From Deltaproteobacteria bacterium TL4 (lineage in GTDB: Bacteria; SAR324; NAC60-12): a stretch of DNA of 17,196 nucleotides. Position numbers and translations under genes: made by a program. The notes under the pieces are model-generated. The model had not been told where the DNA came from and ran no database searches. It saw nothing but the letters and a program-made list of their open reading frames with translations. Of the stretch, positions 6,822 to 16,507 are shown in pieces (position 1 is the first letter of the stretch; every line of letters starts with the position of its first letter). The stretch spans positions 1 to 17,196 of the forward strand of contig JBBCAX010000083.1 in NCBI GenBank assembly GCA_051382335.1, read 5' to 3'.

Positions 6822-8516
6822 ATGATAACGAAGATCATTGTCGTCCTGTCTATTGTTTTTACGACAGGTGCCATTTTTTATTTAAGGAAAAAGAAAGAAA
6901 TTGCTTCTCAAATCAGTTGGAAGTTATGGTTATCCACTTTTTATATCAGCCCTGTCTTTGGAACCTTATCCAGTGCGGCACTGGGAGAAACCATCTTGAT
7001 TCGCTGGGTTAATGGGGATTTTTTTCACCATGAAACGCATTCCCTGTGGGAGGCCTGGTGGATCACGGGACCGACGCTTTTTTGTATCTTGCATTGGGTA
7101 GTTCATTTGGGTTTATTGAGAAAATGGTGGTTTTTTCCTGGGGTCAGCCCCAAAACATTTCATGTGATTCCTGTTAGAATTGCTCAAACCACAGGCTTCG
7201 TGCTCGGTATTGCCTTTGGCATAGGCGTTCTGAGACTCATTCAACAAGGGTTATGGACTGAATTCATTCAATTTGCCGCGCCAGCACATATGCTCACTTT
7301 GACCTATTTCGCGATTTTATTGGGATATGTCAATGTGGAAAAATATATTCGCGTCCGAACTGAAATCAACTATGGTTCCTTGACGAGCCGCTTGACCTTA
7401 AATACCGTGTTCCCGCTGATCTTTTCCATCGCTTATATGATAGATGCCGCCTACCTGATCTATATCACAGAAAACCCAACTTATATTGTTGTGTTACGCC
7501 TCATTCTTGCGTTTCTAATGCTTAGCAGTGTGTTTACCTTTTCTCTCTATGAAACTTTGAAAATGGTGATCATTCCCACAAAACAATTGTCTAATGCGTT
7601 AGAGCGTATTTCTTCAGGCGATGGTGATTTAACCCGACGTTTGTATGTTGACACACGGGATGACCTGGGGCTTTTGTGTGTATTTTTCAACCGTTTTATT
7701 GCTCAAGTGCATGAAATTGTAAAAGTAATTGCGACCACCAGTGAAAAAGTCAGCGATTCGGCATCCAATTTGGTCGTAGCGTCAGAAACCACGTTGCGTT
7801 CTACCATGGAAATTTCTCATACGTTGGATATGGAACACAAGAGCATTGATTCTGTCAATGAACGGGTTCAACAAATGGATGTGGCGAGTGCGGGAATTGC
7901 GAGCAATGCAAATACGACAACGCAACACTCCAGGGAAATGGAAAAACTTGTAGATTGTGTTGTTGACAGCATGAGTCAGATGGTTGAGATTATGAGTCGT
8001 ATCAACGAAAGCACTTCCAACATTGGTGGAATTTTAGGTGAAATTCGCGGCATTGCCAAACAAACCAACTTACTTTCCCTCAATGCGGCCATTGAAGCCG
8101 CAAAAGCCGCCGAGCATGGAAGAGGTTTCGCTGTAGTGGCTCAACATGTAAGGGAGTTGGCGGAACGATCTACAAAAGCCACGTTGAATATCCAGGAACT
8201 GATCATGGAAAGCGCAAACCGTGTGCGGGAGGGAAATTTGGCAGTCGGAGACATTCAACGCATGCTGCATGAAGTCAGCGAACTGGTTCACGTGTCTACA
8301 GAAAGTGTCAATGAAATCAATGAGTCCGCAAAAGAACAGAGCGATTTCGTCCATGAGGTTTTTGATGAAATCACCTTACTCCAAGATCTCTCAAATACCA
8401 ACACTCAATCCACAAGGAACATAAAGGACACCGTAAATAACCAAAATAGGGCGGTACAATCCTTGGAAGATGAGGCTCACGCTCTGCATTCCTCCGTATC
8501 GAGGTTCAAAACGTAA
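6822..8516 (+). CDS. Methyl-accepting chemotaxis protein with a polytopic (~7 TM) N-terminal sensor, HAMP and MCP signalling domain
   Basis: Signalling tip IAKQTNLLSLNAAIEAAKAAEHGRGFAVVA; HAMP SSGDGDLTRRL...DDLGLLCVFFNRFI; about seven hydrophobic segments in the first ~245 aa; SD GGAG at 6811-6814. Confidence 0.94.
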   Translation: MITKIIVVLSIVFTTGAIFYLRKKKEIASQISWKLWLSTFYISPVFGTLSSAALGETILIRWVNGDFFHHETHSLWEAWWITGPTLFCILHWVVHLGLLRKWWFFPGVSPKTFHVIPVRIAQTTGFVLGIAFGIGVLRLIQQGLWTEFIQFAAPAHMLTLTYFAILLGYVNVEKYIRVRTEINYGSLTSRLTLNTVFPLIFSIAYMIDAAYLIYITENPTYIVVLRLILAFLMLSSVFTFSLYETLKMVIIPTKQLSNALERISSGDGDLTRRLYVDTRDDLGLLCVFFNRFIAQVHEIVKVIATTSEKVSDSASNLVVASETTLRSTMEISHTLDMEHKSIDSVNERVQQMDVASAGIASNANTTTQHSREMEKLVDCVVDSMSQMVEIMSRINESTSNIGGILGEIRGIAKQTNLLSLNAAIEAAKAAEHGRGFAVVAQHVRELAERSTKATLNIQELIMESANRVREGNLAVGDIQRMLHEVSELVHVSTESVNEINESAKEQSDFVHEVFDEITLLQDLSNTNTQSTRNIKDTVNNQNRAVQSLEDEAHALHSSVSRFKT

Positions 8517-8521
8517 AAAAG

Positions 8522-8713
8522 CTAAAGTTCTTCAACCTCCCATTTTTCAGAGCCAATGGTGCCCCATTTATGAGGCGGGGTGGCATCTTTTTGGATGGCT
8601 GTTGTGAGTCTTCCATTAGATTTTTCGATGAGAGTCTTGGCATGTGCTTTGCTGTTTGCCTCAACGATATAGGGTTGTTCCCAAATTTCCTTGACATAAA
8701 CTCTGTACTTCAT
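8522..8713 (-). CDS. Small hypothetical protein (63 aa); N-terminus reminiscent of DpnD/PcfM-like small proteins
   Basis: ATG preceded by SD GGAG (CCGGAGTAAAGAACG-ATG). It fills otherwise empty space without overlap. Pattern MKYRVYVKE.WEQ.Y.VEA.S...A...I suggests beta-beta-alpha. Confidence 0.65.
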   Translation of the reverse strand: MKYRVYVKEIWEQPYIVEANSKAHAKTLIEKSNGRLTTAIQKDATPPHKWGTIGSEKWEVEEL

Positions 8714-8828
8714 CGTTCTTTACTCCGGTTGTGATGAGTTGCGCCAATTGGTCAATTAGGAGGGGTAATATCTCATGATTCATCAAGAATGCCAAGACCA
8801 ATTTACACTGAAAAATAATAATTTTCCC

Positions 8829-8860
8829 CAAAAAATAACAGACTTCGCATAGCGAAGACT
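8829..8860 (-). terminator. Probable intrinsic terminator of the EAL gene
   Basis: Minus strand AGT-CTTCGC-TAT-GCGAAG-TCTGTTATTTTTTG, about 65 nt after the TAG at 8926. Confidence 0.45.
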
Positions 8861-8925
8861 ATGACGTTAAAGTGTGAGAACGATAACTTGAAAAGTTATT
8901 ATTTTGCTATTGTTTAGGAACGGCA

Positions 8926-11900
8926 CTATGGATGTGGAGTCGTTTTACTGGGTTGGGAATAAAGGTACCCTTGTGAATAATGGATCCCAATTTCTTCGAC
9001 AATATTCTGAATTTCCTGACTTTCTACGAACTCCGCTACAACCTCTGCGCCGATACGAGTCGCCAGGTCATAGATATTTTCCACAATAATTCGACTTTTG
9101 GAGTCATTGGGGAGGTTTTTAATAAATTTTGCGTCAATTTTAATATAGTCCGGTTCAAAATTCAGCAACCGCCCAATGTTTGACAGTTCCGCGCCAAAGT
9201 CATCAATCGCGATTTTGCATCCCAGAGTTTTCAGTCGGTCCAACATGATTGTGATTTGATTATAACTGTTCGAGCTGATGCCTTCCAATATTTCAAAGGT
9301 TACACGTTTGGGATCGATATGATTTCCTTCCAATTGATATTGAATAAAATCAAAAGTCCCTTCATCAACCAGATCTTTTTCTGTCAAGTTAATCGAAAAC
9401 TCAAAGGAGGTCTGACTCATGTGATCAAAACTTTTCATGATCATTAATTTTGTTGCTCGAGCAATACTTCCTGAGCGCTCCAAGGCCGCAAGAAAAAAGA
9501 AGGGCGCCAGAACTTTTTCTGGAGTTTGTAAACGCATCAAGCATTCGTATTTGTTAATTTTTCCATAAGAAGGACCTTTCCGATTATCTCTGATGCCCTG
9601 AAACACCGGGAAAAAAGCATTTTCCTCAAAGCCTTCCTGGACGCTCTGATATTGCTGAAGAGTTTTTAAATGCTCATCAGCAACCTGAAGTTCCTGAGTA
9701 TAAATCTCAATTTTACCCGATTTCTGAGATTGCCCTAGCGCGACGTGAGCATTTTTGTACATATCGCCACTTTGACGATCCGCAATCCCAATGGAAAGAT
9801 TTAAGATGAGCCGTAGATGACGATAATTGATTTTAGCGTCATTAATCGCTGTTTTGATAACTCCGCTGAGTTCCGTTCCTTTTTGCAGGTTTTCAGGGAG
9901 CAGAACACAAAATTCAGGGCCGGCGAGTCGGTAGAGCATCGCGCCCTCTGAAAGCAGAGGTTTGAGGGTATCTGCCATTTGACGTAAGGCCTCATCCCCG
10001 GCTTCAAAATTTAATCCTGAATTAATTTCACTAAAATTTATAATGCGAAGATAGAGTGACGTGAGATATTTCGTATTTTCCAAATCCTCAATAAATTTTC
10101 TTTGATTCCAGCAGCGCGTCAACGGATCATGAAATAACTCCTCAATATGATTTTCCAACTTCCGGTTTTGAGACTCAATCCCTTGCAAGAGTTCCGCGTT
10201 ATTGATGTAAGGTCCCAAAACAAGACCTAATTGACGAAAAAATTGCTTTTCAAATTGTGAGTAAAGGGTTCCGTCAATTTTATCAAAAATTAACAAAAGA
10301 CACGTAAGGCGTTCTTCAAAAAAAACAGGGAGTAACAAGGTCGCGTCACGTAATTGGTGTTGAGCAGGAATGGTAAAAGGTTGATTGAGGATCCACTCTT
10401 CCATTTCTTCCTGAGTACGTAACAAGGGATAGGTTTCAAAAATGGTAAGCAAGGGGTCTTTGAGATCAATCGTAATTAAATTACGATCATCCTCATGAGA
10501 TTTTTTTGAGAAAAAGAGAGTTTGTTCTTTCGAACTCCAAGTCTCCCACCCCCAGAATTGAGTCAATGAATCAGAACCGACAAGCATTACAAAACGTTGA
10601 CTCATGAAGGTGTTTAAAATCGGTTCCGTTAATGTTTGATAAATTTCCAAAAGGTGATTCGTTTTGGATAACCGATCAATCAGTTGTTTATAGGTCCGAG
10701 TTATTTCTTCGGCATGTTGACCAAAGAATAAACCTAGTAAAAACTGCCAAAATTGCTGGACTCTGGTAAAAGAAAGCCAGATCACAATAACTTCCAGAAC
10801 CTTGATGAAGTTTTGATGATCTGTCTTTATTAAAGCGCCAGGGCTCAGAGAGAGCAACCATAAGGTGGCAATGATTCCGATCCACAAAAAGAGCTGATGG
10901 ATGCTGTTGATCGCTTCTTTGAAATTATACCGAAACATTCCATACGCAAACAAAAGCATGGGGATGAAGGTGAAATTGCCCAAAGGGTAAATTTCCAGAC
11001 CATACATTGGAGGAATATTACTTAAATTGAAGAAAGCAGAACAGAGTAAGCCCAGAAACAAATAACGGAGACGATGTTGTTGAAAGGGGTTATCGGTTTT
11101 TTGAGAACTTCGATACAAAATCCAGATACCAAAGCCCACACCTGCCAAAATCACACCGCCAAACACGTCAAAAAGAAAGGCTTTCTTCGCGAAGAAACCC
11201 CAGTAATAATGGTACATTCCTTTTATGTAATAAGACGTCTGTGTCAAGGGCGACAGGATGGCGCCAAAACCATAGGCACCGTAAACCACCCACCAATGTT
11301 TGTTTTGTTTTGTGATGGTGAAGACTAGATGCAGATACAAGGCCAGCAAAAACACTATGGAAAGATGGCTCATCCTACTGAGCCGGAGTCCCACTTCTTC
11401 CAAGGTGATGATTCCATTGAGCAGGATGTCACAATTTAAAAAAGCGTACACCATACAAATCAAACTGAATAAGAGGACATCTTTTTGATTTTTACCAACA
11501 CGCAGGGAAATAAAAGAAAGTAAAGCACAACAGAGCAATGACAGTAAAGGCGGAATGCCGTAGGGGATAAGGCGACTCATGATATACGGAACTGTAAAGC
11601 CTTCCAACGCCCATACCGAGAGAGGTATCAGAACGAGAAATCCCAAAAGGATCACGGCCTGAATCAAATTGCTCACCATTCTTCTTCTGGCATAGACATT
11701 GATTTTAACCAGATTATGCCGAAACATTCCGAAGGTCATGAGCAGGTTGGGAACAAAAATAAAAGTGCCCAAAGGGTATAGCTCAAAACCCAACACGGCG
11801 GGAAGATTGCCAAAATTCAAAAAACTGCTCAGGATGACTCCAATAAAGATGTAGCTCAATTTCTTTTGATATTGAACATTAGCGGCATTTTCCCAGGATT

Positions 11901-13254
11901 GATGAATGAGGTAACTGTACCACAGCAGGCTCATAAAAGCGATGCCGGCAAAGAGGAGGATTCCCCAATCCGCCTGGGCAAAAACGCCAAAATAGTAGGA
12001 TTTGACGGTGTAAAAATAATGATCCGTTTGCGTTATTCCCATTAAAATGAAACTGATGAAATAACAACTGTAAACAAATATTCGTTGCTGACGGCGAATC
12101 ACCAAATAGATGAAATGACTGTAAATTCCTATGTTGAGCATCAGAAAAAAATGATCCACTCTCCCAATATATAAGGCCATGTCCTTTTTCAAAACCAACG
12201 CTAACAAGGTAACATCCAAATTAAACCAACCCCATAAAACGCTCAAAATTCCAAATAATAGGATTTCCAGCTTCAGTTTTTTTCTTGAGAAACTGAACGT
12301 CGCAATGACCAGGCAGGTAAGGAGTGATAGCAAGGAAGGAATGGCCAAGGGAAAAAGGTGTTGTAGGATATTCGAATAAAATAAATCTCCTTGTGTTTTG
12401 AACCACAAGATGACGCAGATAACCGGGGGAGTCCACGTGAGGGCGATGAGTATTGTGGAGGCATGTCCTTCTTCCGTTAACCAACTTTTGATCGTAGTAA
12501 CTATTTTATTTTCTAATACTCCGTAAGCCAGGAAAACCATGGGCAGAAACATAAAATGGGCAAGTGGGAAAATATTAATTTTCCATAGGGGGAGAACCTT
12601 GACAAGGGAGAGGCATAAATAGAGGAAGGCACCACCGACAATGAATTTATATTGGCGTAATTGGGTGGGGTCCTGGGTGATTCTAAGCTCTTTTAACAGA
12701 ATCCAGACTCCATAGAAAAGACTTAACAAGGAGACCAAACTGAATAAATAATATCCCGAACCTGGCTCCAAGAGCCTCCCATAATAAACAGGTTGATAGT
12801 TCAAAATGAAATAGTCGGTTTGAGTAAAAGGCATCAAGGCCAGAGCACTGAGGTACAACAGACGAACGATCCAGACTCTCAGGGGATAACGAAAAGAAGG
12901 AGTCGGACTGAGGCTCTCGGAAGAAAGCAAAGATGGCTTGTCTTTCGCGTATTCTTGAGAAAACTCGGTGAGGTGTTGAATGAAATGAAAAGAAATGGGA
13001 AGGATGAAGACGTAAAAACCATGAATAACTCTGGAGACAATCAACGCCATATGGTTCGAATACCAAAGTATTTCCAGGAGGTTATTCAAGGACAACAGGG
13101 TTTGTAAAAGACAGTAAAGAGTCAGAAGTTGATTTTCTTTTTTATTTCGCCCCGAATTGATGCTCACCGATGCCAAGAAAAAACACACTAACATCGAGAC
13201 GATGGAAGGAAGGGCAAATGGAAATAAAAAATCGAATCGGAAAAGTGATTCCAT
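8926..13254 (-). CDS. Giant membrane c-di-GMP phosphodiesterase: three tandem 7TM (HisKA_7TM-like) modules, GAF-like domain, degenerate GGDEF, EAL
   Basis: Three internal repeats at aa ~10-252, 300-516 and 562-778. GAF-type end LLLPVFFEERLTCLLL...INNAELL. GGDEF fold HDPLT...AGDEAL...YRLAGPEF. EAL motifs ECLMR, SINL, FEILE, IDDFG, IKID, VAEFVE, SQGY. Confidence 0.92.
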   Translation of the reverse strand: MESLFRFDFLFPFALPSIVSMLVCFFLASVSINSGRNKKENQLLTLYCLLQTLLSLNNLLEILWYSNHMALIVSRVIHGFYVFILPISFHFIQHLTEFSQEYAKDKPSLLSSESLSPTPSFRYPLRVWIVRLLYLSALALMPFTQTDYFILNYQPVYYGRLLEPGSGYYLFSLVSLLSLFYGVWILLKELRITQDPTQLRQYKFIVGGAFLYLCLSLVKVLPLWKINIFPLAHFMFLPMVFLAYGVLENKIVTTIKSWLTEEGHASTILIALTWTPPVICVILWFKTQGDLFYSNILQHLFPLAIPSLLSLLTCLVIATFSFSRKKLKLEILLFGILSVLWGWFNLDVTLLALVLKKDMALYIGRVDHFFLMLNIGIYSHFIYLVIRRQQRIFVYSCYFISFILMGITQTDHYFYTVKSYYFGVFAQADWGILLFAGIAFMSLLWYSYLIHQSWENAANVQYQKKLSYIFIGVILSSFLNFGNLPAVLGFELYPLGTFIFVPNLLMTFGMFRHNLVKINVYARRRMVSNLIQAVILLGFLVLIPLSVWALEGFTVPYIMSRLIPYGIPPLLSLLCCALLSFISLRVGKNQKDVLLFSLICMVYAFLNCDILLNGIITLEEVGLRLSRMSHLSIVFLLALYLHLVFTITKQNKHWWVVYGAYGFGAILSPLTQTSYYIKGMYHYYWGFFAKKAFLFDVFGGVILAGVGFGIWILYRSSQKTDNPFQQHRLRYLFLGLLCSAFFNLSNIPPMYGLEIYPLGNFTFIPMLLFAYGMFRYNFKEAINSIHQLFLWIGIIATLWLLSLSPGALIKTDHQNFIKVLEVIVIWLSFTRVQQFWQFLLGLFFGQHAEEITRTYKQLIDRLSKTNHLLEIYQTLTEPILNTFMSQRFVMLVGSDSLTQFWGWETWSSKEQTLFFSKKSHEDDRNLITIDLKDPLLTIFETYPLLRTQEEMEEWILNQPFTIPAQHQLRDATLLLPVFFEERLTCLLLIFDKIDGTLYSQFEKQFFRQLGLVLGPYINNAELLQGIESQNRKLENHIEELFHDPLTRCWNQRKFIEDLENTKYLTSLYLRIINFSEINSGLNFEAGDEALRQMADTLKPLLSEGAMLYRLAGPEFCVLLPENLQKGTELSGVIKTAINDAKINYRHLRLILNLSIGIADRQSGDMYKNAHVALGQSQKSGKIEIYTQELQVADEHLKTLQQYQSVQEGFEENAFFPVFQGIRDNRKGPSYGKINKYECLMRLQTPEKVLAPFFFLAALERSGSIARATKLMIMKSFDHMSQTSFEFSINLTEKDLVDEGTFDFIQYQLEGNHIDPKRVTFEILEGISSNSYNQITIMLDRLKTLGCKIAIDDFGAELSNIGRLLNFEPDYIKIDAKFIKNLPNDSKSRIIVENIYDLATRIGAEVVAEFVESQEIQNIVEEIGIHYSQGYLYSQPSKTTPHP
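10921..13227 (-). repeat. Three diverged protein-level tandem repeats of a ~217-aa 7TM module
   Basis: R1 13227-12499, R2 12357-11707, R3 11571-10921. Shared motifs: LFPFALPS/LFPLAIPS/LIPYGIPP, SRVIH/GRVDH/SRMSH, FTQTDY/ITQTDH/LTQTSY, YYG/YFG/YWG, IFPLAHFMFLP/LYPLGTFIFVP/IYPLGNFTFIP. Confidence 0.9.
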
Positions 13255-13360
13255 GAGAGTTTCTGTCTATAAATTCAATAAAGTGTCTTTCAAATGGGAA
13301 CTTCAATGGATTGCCTTTGGGGACTAGTAAACCGAAGAACACGATGCCCTTGCTGACCGT

Positions 13361-13729
13361 CTACTTTTTTTTCCTTCGATCTACATAGCCTTCTTCCATG
13401 TCACTGTCTTTTTTGGGAAACTGAAACAAAGAAGGTTCCTCATGGTCCGTCAAGATCGTCAAATATGAAATGGTTTGTCTGGTATCCACAAAATCTTTAA
13501 TATCTTGATGAAGTTGCAGATCCGTATCCTCTTTGAGGGTAATCGTCAGGGAAATATTTTTAGGAGATTTGTCCTTATCTCTTAAATGATACAGCAGCAT
13601 TTTATAAAGATTATGCAGAGAATCCATTGAATTAATCGAAATTTCCCACTTGAATAAATTTTGTTTCTTTTTTTTTTCTTCCATAATGCTCTTTTGATTA
13701 TTTTGAGTTTGTGTCAAGACACTTGCCAC
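13361..13729 (-). CDS. Hypothetical soluble protein (~107-122 aa)
   Basis: Non-overlapping ORF co-oriented with, and 106 nt upstream of, the EAL gene. GTG start preceded by AAGGAAAG; alternative ATG at 13684. No recognised domain. Confidence 0.6.
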   Translation of the reverse strand: MASVLTQTQNNQKSIMEEKKKKQNLFKWEISINSMDSLHNLYKMLLYHLRDKDKSPKNISLTITLKEDTDLQLHQDIKDFVDTRQTISYLTILTDHEEPSLFQFPKKDSDMEEGYVDRRKKK

Positions 13730-14021
13730 CTTTCCTTGCCTACTTTTAACATGCTATGCTGAAAAGTGGTATGAAAAAACACTTGGGAATAAAAATAAAT
13801 GACGTTCCTGACGTCACATAGAGTTTAAATGAAAGTTCCGTAGATAAAAATCCAGTTTTTCTCAAGCCGTCATCACAAGAAAACGGATTTTCTCCAATGG
13901 AACCGTGTTCTTTCTGAATGTTAAAATATCGGCTGGTTTCTTTCTCCGGAAGGTGTAAAAGAGGGGTTGCAGATTGACTGAATGGTTATAAGGCGTTTGG
14001 TCACTGCTGTATTTTGAACAC

Positions 14022-16343
<2,322 letters not shown>

Positions 16344-16357
16344 TCGCACCTGAACTA

Positions 16358-16381
16358 GACTGAGTTTATAGCAACTCAGTC
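16358..16381. terminator. 9-bp hairpin just after the icd stop
   Basis: GACTGAGTT-TATAGC-AACTCAGTC. There is no strong U-tract, so termination is uncertain. Confidence 0.35.
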
Positions 16382-16404
16382 CTCAAAACGCACTGCAACT
16401 CAAA

Positions 16405-16460
16405 AAAATCCCCCTTTTAGTCCTCTCCTTGAAAAAGGGGGGGAATTCAATAACTTCCCC
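16405..16460. repeat. C-run/G-run REP-like palindromic element between convergent genes
   Basis: CCCCCTTTT (16410-16418) pairs with AAAAGGGGG (16433-16441); alternative stem GGGGAA (16440-16445)/TTCCCC (16455-16460). On the minus strand the first stem is followed by ATTTTTTTG, so it could terminate the Rpn gene. Confidence 0.55.
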
Positions 16461-16507
16461 AGTTCAATGCCTCAGGCGATTCCACCAGTGTATTTGTATA
16501 CTAATCA

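Noticed and set aside
8777..8795. Sigma-54-like TTGGCATTCTTGATGAAT upstream of the 63-aa ORF (minus strand)
   Set aside because: The -12 element has GA in place of the conserved GC; too weak to call.
8914..8928. Amber readthrough of the EAL gene
   Set aside because: The EAL domain is already complete, and TAA follows three codons later.
13295..13322. Minus-strand AAAGGCAATCCATTGAAG upstream of the PDE, like the start of a c-di-GMP-I riboswitch
   Set aside because: The partner strand and the GACGCAAA element are missing, so the P2 stem cannot form.
13800..13820. TGACGT repeat and TCACA half-site as a CRP box
   Set aside because: The left half at the correct spacing is CGTTC, not TGTGA-like.
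13967..13992. Possible sigma-70 promoter for icd (TTGCAG or TTGACT with TATAAG)
   Set aside because: Spacers are 14 or 7 nt, not 16-18.
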